From: an uncultured virus (IMG/VR IMGVR_UViG_3300004686_000002)
Taxonomy: Duplodnaviria > Heunggongvirae > Uroviricota > Caudoviricetes
Strand: one strand, 5' to 3'
DNA length: 64,000 nt
Virus record (IMG/VR): IMGVR_UViG_3300004686_000002
Span: 1-64,000 of that record
Both the position numbers and the translations under genes were made by a program. How positions within the stretch are numbered: the stretch's first letter is position 1; the number at the start of each line of letters is the position of its first letter. Positions 37,769 to 46,481 of this stretch are shown here, one piece after another. The notes beneath the pieces were generated by a model, which saw only the letters and a program-made list of their open reading frames with translations, was not told the origin of the DNA and did not search any database.

Positions 37769-38260
37769 TTAATTATTTTGCTGCGGAGGTGGTTCCTCCA
37801 TAGTGAAATACTCTTTACCCTGATTATAAATCATTTGTACCGCGGCATGCACTCTTTCTGTGGTCTCTATAGGTATATTTGTCCAGCTGTCAAAATTAAT
37901 CCTATCACAAGTCCACTGGCTCCTGTGTATGGTTGTATTTTTGTAATATAACTTACAAGAAGAGCTGGACCATAAATGCCAAGGATTTTCGTCATTATAT
38001 GCTCCGGGATTATGGAACGGGTTTTCCAACAGAGACCAAATTACGCAAAATACCTTGTAATAGGTTTTAAGCCATAACTGAGGCCTGGCTATAATTATGG
38101 TGTTATAGCCTTCGGCTCTGCAGTTGATGAGTATATCTTTTAAGTCTGTGTTCCTCCAATCCAATAAATCCACAGGAGGTTCTATCCGCCTTGCATGTCT
38201 ACCTTTCTCCCAAAATACTTTAACTACAGGTTGCATATTTATATCTCCCAGAACCCCCAC
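37769..38260 (-). CDS. Hypothetical protein
   Basis: ORF; start uncertain. Confidence 0.55.
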   Translation of the reverse strand: MGVLGDINMQPVVKVFWEKGRHARRIEPPVDLLDWRNTDLKDILINCRAEGYNTIIIARPQLWLKTYYKVFCVIWSLLENPFHNPGAYNDENPWHLWSSSSCKLYYKNTTIHRSQWTCDRINFDSWTNIPIETTERVHAAVQMIYNQGKEYFTMEEPPPQQNN

Positions 38261-38734
38261 TCTACTGGAGGTAGGGTTTGTTCATATTTGAATGGTTGTA
38301 ATTTTGAGCCGTCAGGATACTTTCCTGATTTTAAAATTTCGGCAGCTTTGTCTTTAGCTTCCCATGGGGCATCTGCTTCCACAGGTATTATCAAGCTATA
38401 TATCTTCTTTATTTTTACTTCATATTTCATTTGCTTTGCCCATCGAAGGGTGAGGCGTAGTTCCATGAAGGCTGTGGGCTAACCCTGAAAAACAGGGCGT
38501 ACCAAGGAATAGTTGCATCTTTTTTAACTTTATCCAAATAACTTACATATGCCCAAATAACACAAATAGAAAACAATATCATAAATGTTACATTAACTCT
38601 ACCTGTATAGCTTCTAAATAATAATTTTGTTCTGTGGTTTACTTTCATTTTGTGTGGGTGTGTAAAATAAAAAACCTCCCTTGGTGCGCATCGTTGAGAG
38701 GCGTGGGAGGTATTGTTTATTTTATTTTTATTTA

Positions 38735-39787
38735 TTATACGGGTCTAACTCCCGAAATTTCTTCGAATAACTTAATGTCTGACCTAGGCATGGTGGGGAA
38801 AACCTCAGCCAGTTTCACTGAGTCCGTAGGATCCAGATCAAAACCAAAAGCTTCCTCATACTTATCCTTACCAACTTTCTGCAAGTCATCTACTAAATAC
38901 TTATCTCCGTGAGCTTCTATAAAGTTAAGATCTTCTGCGACCTTATCTATGCTCTTGGTGAATATCATGTCCACAGGATCTTTTAAAATCTGGGCAATCT
39001 TGACGTTATCATATAACCCTTCCATGTTTTCCACATGGAAAAGAGTTTCAGCCAGCTTCATAACCTCTTCCACAGAAGAGATATTCTCTACGTCTTCTGC
39101 GAGCTTTTCATACATTTCTTTATGTTCTGCCTGCTTAAGCTTTGTGCTTCTTCTCCACACCTCGGTCTTTAAGCCGCCGAAGTCAGGATAAAAATAACCA
39201 GCATATTTCAAGAGAAGGTCAGGAATGTCGTCCACGGATAAATCCTTGGCGATCTTAATAGCCTGTTCGGCCATCTTGGTTCTCCATGCGAATGGATATT
39301 GATGCATGTGTCCCACAATATGCTCAACATTTTCCCTCAGGTCTGCGGCAGTTTTAACAGGATAAAGATTTAGAACATTGCCGTCAGCCAATTCAAATTG
39401 GCCGAGGTATTGTTCGGGGTAATCAGAGTTGGCCTGCTTAACAAACTCTTGAGAGTAATTAGAGATATCCTCAGAAATCTCAAAGATTTCGGCGGCTTCT
39501 TTAATTTTGTTTTCTAGTTGACTAGTATAACCTTCGCCGTATATTTTCTGTATATCGGCCTTCTTACTAATAAAATATGCATTGCTTACAAAAGTACGCG
39601 CAGGAGTGTTCAGGGGATAAATCCTTCTCGTTTCATCTGCAAACGCCTCTTTTGGAAGACCTTGAAGTGTGTCATAGTCGTCCACAGATGCGGTTTTCAC
39701 ATATGCAGGCAAATCAGAAACACGTAAGAGCTTATAAAGATCTTTATTTGAATAATCTGTAGACTGGTCGAAGTTGAATGAACTCAT
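38735..39787 (-). CDS. Probable virion/head-assembly protein rich in K-x-A motifs
   Basis: 350-aa helical protein with 15 KxA tripeptides; function is inferred. Confidence 0.6.
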   Translation of the reverse strand: MSSFNFDQSTDYSNKDLYKLLRVSDLPAYVKTASVDDYDTLQGLPKEAFADETRRIYPLNTPARTFVSNAYFISKKADIQKIYGEGYTSQLENKIKEAAEIFEISEDISNYSQEFVKQANSDYPEQYLGQFELADGNVLNLYPVKTAADLRENVEHIVGHMHQYPFAWRTKMAEQAIKIAKDLSVDDIPDLLLKYAGYFYPDFGGLKTEVWRRSTKLKQAEHKEMYEKLAEDVENISSVEEVMKLAETLFHVENMEGLYDNVKIAQILKDPVDMIFTKSIDKVAEDLNFIEAHGDKYLVDDLQKVGKDKYEEAFGFDLDPTDSVKLAEVFPTMPRSDIKLFEEISGVRPV

Positions 39788-39811
39788 AATTTATATTTAC
39801 CTTATTTTAAC

Positions 39812-41095
39812 ATGAATATCAATGATTTTAATAGCAAAATTAATCTACCCAGACTAGTCTCTAAATTGGGACTAAGAGAAGAAGATTTTGATTTTGTAAG
39901 AATACCAGTGTTTGGTTGGTTTGCAAGGTCTAAAACCTCTTCGTTTGTGGGTACTGTGTTTGATTTTTTTGAAGCTAATGACTGGCCAAAATTATACACC
40001 ACTGTATTAGATAATTTTGATGACTGCTTGGATTTCAAGCTTCCTAGATCTGAGTATGCAGAGAAAAAGTTATGGAGTAACTATTACCTACATGCTCAGT
40101 ATCAAGGTGCCTGGTTGTTGTCAAAAGAGGAGGCTGTATCTCACAGAGCCAGGCACGGAGATAAAGTTATGTATTTCAAGGATATCCTCACAGTGGCAGG
40201 TATGCCTGGATTTCTGGAAAACGAGATTGGTTATCTTACCGAAAACGTTGTAAAAGCATTTCCTAAATTAAATCTCGGACCAAAACAGAAGTATAAGAAG
40301 GTATTAATGATTCCTACTTTTGTTTCACCTAAACACATATGCTCTATAGAAATTGCTAAGTTTCAGACACCCCAAGAAAGAGAAAAAATATACATGAACG
40401 GTGAAATGGGATGGTATGGTAAGCTCTGTGATACCGTACTAGCTGATTTCAATGATCTAAAAATTAAGAAGGGCTTTACATGGAATTACAAAGCAGACTG
40501 GTGGACAAATCAAAACATAGATTTGCCTCCTGAAATAGATACTTCTAGTTTGATAAGGATTTGGAGCGAAGCCAGGAGGTCTGAATTTAACATAGATCCT
40601 ATGGATCTTTTGATTGGTAAAGAGGGCACTCCTAACCTGCATCACCATGTGGCTAGCTTATCATATGAGCAAGTCAAAGAATTAGGTGAAAGATCTGGAG
40701 AAGACTTGATGCGCTCTTGGAGAGAATCCAGAGAGCAGCAATTCACCGTGCAGGGTAAAACATTCGTGCGTAGGGGTACTTCTTATTTCTTGGTTAAAGA
40801 GCGTGAGGAGGAACAGCTTACAAACTTTGCATTAGAGGTAAAAGAGATACGTAAAAAAACGGAGAACAATGAAGACTCTTTTTACTGGCATGGATTCATT
40901 CATCACGGAAACAGTGTTGTTCCTTTTGAGATGAATGATAAGTTTTTTAACAGCTCTCACCTATTCTCCAAAGGAATAAGAAAGCAATTTATGAGTCTTG
41001 GTTTAGGTATTCCGTTTATAAATGAAAGGTATGTGAGGCAGGTATTGAACATGATTCAATTAACTGCGTATAAAGTACCTATAATATCGGAATAG
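39812..41095 (+). CDS. Hypothetical protein
   Basis: 427-aa ORF, divergent from 38735..39787; no recognised motif. Confidence 0.7.
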   Translation: MNINDFNSKINLPRLVSKLGLREEDFDFVRIPVFGWFARSKTSSFVGTVFDFFEANDWPKLYTTVLDNFDDCLDFKLPRSEYAEKKLWSNYYLHAQYQGAWLLSKEEAVSHRARHGDKVMYFKDILTVAGMPGFLENEIGYLTENVVKAFPKLNLGPKQKYKKVLMIPTFVSPKHICSIEIAKFQTPQEREKIYMNGEMGWYGKLCDTVLADFNDLKIKKGFTWNYKADWWTNQNIDLPPEIDTSSLIRIWSEARRSEFNIDPMDLLIGKEGTPNLHHHVASLSYEQVKELGERSGEDLMRSWRESREQQFTVQGKTFVRRGTSYFLVKEREEEQLTNFALEVKEIRKKTENNEDSFYWHGFIHHGNSVVPFEMNDKFFNSSHLFSKGIRKQFMSLGLGIPFINERYVRQVLNMIQLTAYKVPIISE

Positions 41096-41147
41096 GCTGC
41101 CCTCCCTGGATAGAGAGACAGAGAGAGCAGCCCGCACCGAACTGAAA

Positions 41148-41522
41148 CTACCACCAAGAATCGTAATAAACCTTCTTACCGTTTCGTATAGCGGTCCTGG
41201 CTTTTTCTATAAACGCAAGGTCTTCTGAATTAGAGTCTTCGTCTGGAGGATTATTTCCAAAGAAAAAACCTCTAGTTTGCGGCAAATGTGAACTTTCTAT
41301 AGCGCAATGAAGGTTATTTAAATCTTCCTCTGTTAATTGAACTGGGGTGCAGTTGAATTGACCTGTACCACCTTTACTGATATAGAGCTTCTGCATCCAA
41401 CCGTGCAGATCGTGATGCTTTCTCCAATATTGAATTTCTACCGCCTCTGCTCCCTTCGGTATACTGAGAGCTGTTGCCATTGGATGATCTTCCACGGCGT
41501 ATGCGTACATGTCTAATCCCAT
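41148..41522 (-). CDS. Conserved phage hypothetical protein
   Basis: MGLDMY, YWRK...LHGW, GFFFG, YYDSWW. Confidence 0.75.
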   Translation of the reverse strand: MGLDMYAYAVEDHPMATALSIPKGAEAVEIQYWRKHHDLHGWMQKLYISKGGTGQFNCTPVQLTEEDLNNLHCAIESSHLPQTRGFFFGNNPPDEDSNSEDLAFIEKARTAIRNGKKVYYDSWW

Positions 41523-41680
41523 ATGTGTGTTAGTTTGTTGTTTTTTTAGTTGCTAGGAATACTTTACCTAGGAGTGTTTCCTCTGTGGCTTTTGCCCCGA
41601 ATCGCACTGCGGCTCCTGCTTCTTTTATTAGGCTTTCTGAATGCTCTTTGGATAATATAGCTCTACCCACAACCAACCGG

Positions 41681-41899
41681 TCAAATTTTGGTAAGTACAG
41701 TACTCTCATCTTTCTTTTTAGTGGGACGATAATACATTTTCATATAACCACTGATCAACATATCCTTATCAAAACTAAGGTTTTTGAACTCCGCTATATC
41801 TTCTTCTGCTTTCTTCTTACAGTACTTCAGGCATTCGGCCTCTGACATACTCTCCGTAGCCTTATAATGATCTACTTTTGTTTCTTTTTGCTTTGCCAT
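41681..41899 (-). CDS. Hypothetical protein
   Basis: ACACACA leader. Confidence 0.55.
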   Translation of the reverse strand: MAKQKETKVDHYKATESMSEAECLKYCKKKAEEDIAEFKNLSFDKDMLISGYMKMYYRPTKKKDESTVLTKI

Positions 41900-41914
41900 T
41901 GTGTGTTGAATATA

Positions 41915-41997
41915 TGGGCAGAGAAGGATTCGAACCTTCGAAGTCTAATGACAGAGGATTTACAGTCCTCCCCGTTTGGCCGCTTCGGTATCTACCC
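41915..41997 (-). tRNA. tRNA-Tyr(GTA)
   Basis: Cloverleaf with long variable arm; loop CTGTAAA; GGTTCGAATCC. Confidence 0.95.
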
Positions 41998-42006
41998 ATT
42001 TTAAAG

Positions 42007-42081
42007 TGGTGCACGATGAGGGGATCGAACCCCCGACCTTGCCCGTGTAAAGGGCCTGCTCTACCGCTAAGCTAATCGTGC
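42007..42081 (-). tRNA. tRNA-Val(TAC)
   Basis: Cloverleaf; loop TTTACAC; CCA encoded. Confidence 0.95.
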
Positions 42082-42087
42082 TTGAAT

Positions 42088-42528
42088 TTACTTATTGTTA
42101 ACCTTTTTTAACTCAGGTTCAATTACTTTATATCCTAAAGACGTAAGAATTTTCTTACTGGTTTGGATTTTTTCCTGGATTAGTTTGGCTGAAAGCTTTT
42201 CGATTTCTTTGAGGGTCGTTTTTGCCTCTTTCCAATCCAGGTCGTTCACATAATAATAAAAATCTGAACCTAACTCAGCAAGTTTGTCATCCACGGGCTC
42301 ACCATCAAAATCTCTATCAAGAATGCTGCATTGGTTTCCGCAGGCGCAGGTAACCCAATCACCTGCCATCTTTATTTCTTTTTTAAATTTCTTTCTCGTG
42401 TTGATAATATCTTTGTCTGGCATATTATCAACGGATGTAACGCCTTTGGGCTGCTCTTTGATACGTTCTGCTAGAAAGCTGAACCAATCAAACTTTTTTT
42501 TATCTTTAGTTTCTGTGTATGTTTTCAT
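42088..42528 (-). CDS. Hypothetical protein
   Basis: WVTCACG motif; CACACAA leader. Confidence 0.65.
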   Translation of the reverse strand: MKTYTETKDKKKFDWFSFLAERIKEQPKGVTSVDNMPDKDIINTRKKFKKEIKMAGDWVTCACGNQCSILDRDFDGEPVDDKLAELGSDFYYYVNDLDWKEAKTTLKEIEKLSAKLIQEKIQTSKKILTSLGYKVIEPELKKVNNK

Positions 42529-42615
42529 TTGTGTGATAAGTTGTGCAGGGTTTATTTTTATACTCGTTGGCCATACTCCTGCTTATGCCCTTCAGTTATG
42601 AGCGACATAACAAAA

Positions 42616-42686
42616 CTACCCCTCATGGATTCGAACCATGACAAAGAGAGCCAAAATCTCTTGTGCTACCGTTACACCAAAGGGTA
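42616..42686 (-). tRNA. tRNA-Gln(TTG)
   Basis: Cloverleaf; U1-A72; loop TTTTGGC. Confidence 0.93.
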
Positions 42687-42695
42687 ATAAATCTA

Positions 42696-42770
42696 TCGGG
42701 GTGGCCGGATTCGAACCGACGACATCTTGCTCCCAAAGCAAGCGCTCTAGCCAAGCTGAGCTACACCCCG
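42696..42770 (-). tRNA. tRNA-Pro(TGG)
   Basis: Cloverleaf CGGGGTG...CACCCCG-A; loop TTTGGGA. Confidence 0.95.
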
Positions 42771-42777
42771 TAAAACA

Positions 42778-42958
42778 TTGACGGAACGATCCTGCAGAAT
42801 CTTTTCAACATCCGGGTTACCATGGTTAAAGAAGTTACTCAGCGCTTTATAGGGTGCCATACCGTTTAGAGCTCTTCTACCCGACCACACCGGTATACCT
42901 ATCAACCGTGAAGATTGAGGAAGGGATGGTCCGGTCGTATTTATGATGCTGCCGTCAA
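42778..42958 (-). ncRNA. Candidate structured RNA (181 nt)
   Basis: Closing stem TTGACGG/CCGTCAA, inner CAGCATC/GATGTTG, arm CGACC...GGTCG. Confidence 0.5.
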
Positions 42959-42964
42959 AATTCA

Positions 42965-43588
42965 TTACATATATCTATATATCCACATTCCAAGATTGTC
43001 CAGTCTGGAACCAAGGAATCTTACTCCTCTGGCAACCCCTCTCCAAGATGAGTTCCAATAATTAAATGTAATCTTATTTAGTACTCTCTTGGTCTTATTC
43101 CAGGGATGATTGTATACCTTTTCATGGCGCTGCTCGAAATCTACCCGCTGTTGTTCTATTTCTTCAGCGGTATGCACAAGCTCAGCCTTGATTTGTTTGG
43201 CCTTTTTAAGCTTTCCATTGTGTAGAACCAGCTCAAATTCAACCCACCACTCGTTACCGGCGTTATCGTACTCACTAGCGTATATTTGTACAGTTCCGCA
43301 AATATTTGTTTTAACTAATTCACGACCTGTTTCAATGAACTTATAATTAAGATAGAATTTATTTTTCTTATTTTTCTTTATTTCTTCTTCAGCGAGGGGT
43401 TCGTAACTGCCCTCTATTTTCTCTAAGTACAAGTTACCGTTAGCTTTAAGATAATAATAAGCCATGGCTAGATCTAAATCTTTCGTTTGAAAGTCGATCT
43501 TTTTCCAGTCTTTACCCTTGAACGCTTTTTTAACCTCAGGAGAGAGGGGCAGAGCTTTCTCTACAAATACAGTATCGAACATGCCCAT
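42965..43588 (-). CDS. Conserved phage hypothetical protein
   Basis: MGMFD...FQTKDL...WWVEF pattern. Confidence 0.7.
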   Translation of the reverse strand: MGMFDTVFVEKALPLSPEVKKAFKGKDWKKIDFQTKDLDLAMAYYYLKANGNLYLEKIEGSYEPLAEEEIKKNKKNKFYLNYKFIETGRELVKTNICGTVQIYASEYDNAGNEWWVEFELVLHNGKLKKAKQIKAELVHTAEEIEQQRVDFEQRHEKVYNHPWNKTKRVLNKITFNYWNSSWRGVARGVRFLGSRLDNLGMWIYRYM

Positions 43589-43589
43589 A

Positions 43590-43790
43590 TTATTCCTTAT
43601 CCTCCTGAGGTCTGGATTCTTTTCTTGCGGGGGCTTTTGGAGCATTGCCTAGAACAATAAGCTTGTTTAGCTTGAAGTCCGCAACATACTCCTTCCAGTC
43701 GGCTTCTTTCATACCCTTGGGTCTACGCGACAAGAACTTGGACTTGTCGTACGATTTGCATGTTTTAAGTAGTTTATTTGAGAATATCAT
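43590..43790 (-). CDS. Small basic hypothetical protein
   Basis: Short ORF in the operon. Confidence 0.45.
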   Translation of the reverse strand: MIFSNKLLKTCKSYDKSKFLSRRPKGMKEADWKEYVADFKLNKLIVLGNAPKAPARKESRPQEDKE

Positions 43791-43805
43791 ATTTTTTAAA
43801 TTTAA

Positions 43806-43946
43806 TGACCTGGAAGGACGCTAACCCTTCACTGTTTTGGTGTCCCTGGGCTTCGAAGCTCTCCCCCGGAATTTCCAGAGGGACAGGGTGGCTGCAGACA
43901 ACTTACTGCGTAACAAATGTATGTTCTCTTCCATACAGTCAGGTCA
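43806..43946 (-). ncRNA. Candidate structured RNA (141 nt)
   Basis: TGACCTG/CAGGTCA closing stem with several internal arms. Confidence 0.55.
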
Positions 43947-43960
43947 ATTTTGGGGGGATT

Positions 43961-44104
43961 TTATCGGGTGATTGCGAAATAGATTACATAGAACCATCCC
44001 AAGATACCATGAACAATCGCCCATAGAATACTTTGATGAAGGCTCCATGAAATGGTGATAGCCAGCGCTGTTCCGAAACCGATTCCTGCTTGTGTTATTT
44101 CCAT
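43961..44104 (-). CDS. 47-aa membrane protein (not in the ORF track)
   Basis: MEITQAGIGFGTALAITISWSLHQSILWAIVHGILGWFYVIYFAITR; two hydrophobic helices. Confidence 0.75.
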   Translation of the reverse strand: MEITQAGIGFGTALAITISWSLHQSILWAIVHGILGWFYVIYFAITR

Positions 44105-44119
44105 ATGTTTGTTTTATTT

Positions 44120-44419
44120 TTATTCTTCGTAACCGGCAATTATTGCAGCGCAGCGGATATATCCCGCAGCATCTACAAAATTGTCACGCTTTGATGTATA
44201 CACATCTCTGGCGATTTTCAATAGAACCATTAGCATAGCTGCATCATATGGTGATATCTCTGCCAATGGATCTTTTCTGATACTGAGATAAGCGTTCCAC
44301 ATAGTAGCTATACGTTTATGGTTGGGCTCTGGATGATCATAATCTCTTCTACGATCACCCGAAGTAACCCGCACGGCTTCTTCTAGAATGCTTTCTTTTG
44401 TGTGTTGTGTGTTTGTCAT
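44120..44419 (-). CDS. DUF6378-family protein
   Basis: ILEEA....GDR..DY..P..N..RIA.MW, MVLLKIAR, D.AGY. Confidence 0.8.
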   Translation of the reverse strand: MTNTQHTKESILEEAVRVTSGDRRRDYDHPEPNHKRIATMWNAYLSIRKDPLAEISPYDAAMLMVLLKIARDVYTSKRDNFVDAAGYIRCAAIIAGYEE

Positions 44420-44484
44420 GGTGGATAACCCTACACCTAGTTTTTTGGTGTGTCAAATGGGTTTTTTGAATAGTTAAAAAATAA

Positions 44485-44567
44485 GAGCCCAGGACAGGGC
44501 TTATAGATTTCTGCTTTCCATCAGATTTCCCGCCTAATACCAGAGGGTTTTTGGTTGTCCTGGGCTC
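44485..44567 (-). ncRNA. Candidate structured RNA (83 nt)
   Basis: Perfect 12-bp closing stem GAGCCCAGGACA/TGTCCTGGGCTC. Confidence 0.5.
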
Positions 44568-44612
44568 AAATAAATAATTATCCGCATAGAGGGCAATAAT
44601 CAAATAAAAAAT

Positions 44613-45192
44613 TTCCGGATTGTGTTAGTCACTGCCGGACCAGTGCTCCTGTGTATGTGTGGCAAACCAGGAAAATATTGGTTGTTGGTTTATTATTACC
44701 GAGCATGTTTTGAGATTTGGACTCTGTTGTATGCTCAATCTGTTATTTTTTTGGGCGGGAAAGATATACATCTCGCGGCCACAGACGGTTCCAACACACA
44801 TGATCTAACCGATAAAAGATCATTACCAAAACAAAAGTCCCCAGACAATAGAGCTCCCAGATGGTTAACTTCCTTTTTCCTCAGAGAGCATCACCTGTAG
44901 CCCCTGAGAGGATTAATATGTTATCTTCGGGATTTCCACATATACACAAAGCGCAATGCCCTGCTTCTCACAGTGGTTTTTATATCTATTGTTGGGGGGA
45001 AATTTTTCCTCAACCCGCGGTTAGCTTCTTTCCCCCGCAATGACTAATTGCGTTTCTATCCAACATGCCTGTTAATGATAGAGGGATTACACGTACTGGG
45101 AACCGCGGTCTCGTTTGTCTGAGTAGTCACAGATAGTCACTTTGTAACCGTTAGACTATGAGCAAGGGATACGATTATCCCCAGGAGGAGTA
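44613..45192 (-). ncRNA. Candidate large structured non-coding RNA (about 580 nt)
   Basis: No credible ORF; many nested stems and a 3' pseudoknot; starts about 20 nt after the tmRNA. Confidence 0.6.
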
Positions 45193-45211
45193 CTGATTTT
45201 CATCAGTAGAT

Positions 45212-45646
45212 TGGTGGAGGCGACGGGATTCGAACCCGTGTGTTCCAGAAATATCTAACAACCGTTTACATGCTTAGCTCAGCCTATTTCATCTGTACCA
45301 GTACGCTGAGCGGATACAGATGGATCTTCAACTTAACGCGAATTGAGTCGTATCTAAATTATACCCTCACAAGATAATTGAGGTACCCTTTTGTATCTCT
45401 CCGGCATCGGGCGTCCAGAGAGCGTTTTACTACTAGCGGCTTCAAGCCGCTGCGGTTAGGCAGCGAGAAGCTCGCTGTCAGCGTAGCCATACTTTGCAAG
45501 AATGGCATCCGCCTCAGCGAGGCTAGGAGCAAGCATCTCGTTAGAGTTTGCTTTTATTTTTTTCCCAGATGATTATAGAGGCCAACTGAGATCCTCTGCA
45601 TGTAGGCTGATATCAACTCCTGGAGTCGATTTCCAATTACGCCCCC
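45212..45646 (-). ncRNA. ssrA: tmRNA (435 nt)
   Basis: 5' GGGGGCG...TCGAC, 3' GGGTTCGAATCCC-GTCGCCTCCACCA with G3.U alanine identity; tag ORF 45551-45456 ending LAA*. Confidence 0.95.
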
Positions 45647-45669
45647 AAATGTTACAAAAGCTTATTCAA

Positions 45670-46443
45670 TTACTTTATCAGTGTAAAGCAAAAGCTGCCC
45701 TCTGGAACAAGATGGTTTTCATCTCTTCCCGGACTGTAATATATATGTGGTTTTGAGGGGAGTAGAACTTTTCCGAATTTCTTACCAAGCTGTAAGATAG
45801 TTTCCATAATGCCGATAGCATAAGGATGAACTTCATCAGATTTGGTATTACTGCTGTATCTGTTCCACAGCATGTCATCATCAAAATAAAGTAAATCTGA
45901 ATATTTTGATGCTCTGCCTATCTCTAGGGTTTCTTCTCTGATATCCCTCAATCCACGTCCAAGCAGGAATGTAAAAATAATATTACCCAAGGGCTTTATC
46001 ATTTTTTTATCCTCTAGCATGTGTGAGATATACTCTATTATATTTCTGTTAAAGGTACCCATGAAATCACCGTAGATTATATCAAATTCAGCTGTTGAGC
46101 TATCAAACAAGCTGGAATTAAATTTCCTGGTGACTACATCTTCCCATGATGTTTTTTGGTCTAGTAGATCAATCTGGTTTCTTTTATTCTTGTGATTGAG
46201 CTTTAGAAAATTTCTTGAAGATTCATTCACATAAGGATCAGATTCAACACCAACAATATTGAACTTATTTTCAGGGAAATTTTGAATTAACTGCCGCTCC
46301 CATAGCCATTTTTCACCAGGCAGAGAGAGTATGTTGATATCTTCTCTATAACGCAACAGCTTCTTTAGCTCTTTGTTTAGGTAGATGTCGTTGTCTCGTT
46401 TTTCTTTACGTGCTGACCAATCTATCCTGCGTACGTTTTTCAC
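45670..46443 (-). CDS. Putative class I SAM-dependent methyltransferase-like protein
   Basis: ILSLPG...IVGVE...FDIIYGDFMG strand pattern; GTG start behind an A/C-rich leader. Confidence 0.5.
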   Translation of the reverse strand: MKNVRRIDWSARKEKRDNDIYLNKELKKLLRYREDINILSLPGEKWLWERQLIQNFPENKFNIVGVESDPYVNESSRNFLKLNHKNKRNQIDLLDQKTSWEDVVTRKFNSSLFDSSTAEFDIIYGDFMGTFNRNIIEYISHMLEDKKMIKPLGNIIFTFLLGRGLRDIREETLEIGRASKYSDLLYFDDDMLWNRYSSNTKSDEVHPYAIGIMETILQLGKKFGKVLLPSKPHIYYSPGRDENHLVPEGSFCFTLIK

Positions 46444-46481
46444 TTTTTGGTTTTGGTTGGTTGTTTGGTTTCAGGGGTTAA

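Noticed and set aside
42543..42615. tRNA-associated HDV-like (theta) ribozyme after tRNA-Gln
   Set aside because: Could not build the nested P1/P2/P3/P1.1 double pseudoknot
42747..42965. 72-aa ORF
   Set aside because: It overlaps tRNA-Pro and coincides with a structured element
44485..44567. SRP (4.5S) RNA suggested by GGAAAGCAG
   Set aside because: The CAGG-stem-GNRA-stem-AGCA domain IV geometry is not formed
45120..45165. Group I intron P7-like words (ATAGTC/GACTA)
   Set aside because: They are in the wrong order, form a local hairpin, and no interrupted gene flanks the region
44355..45756. ORFs 44355..44603, 44622..44900, 44861..45043, 45378..45572 and 45502..45756
   Set aside because: They overlap tmRNA or structured elements, are mostly antisense and have unprotein-like composition
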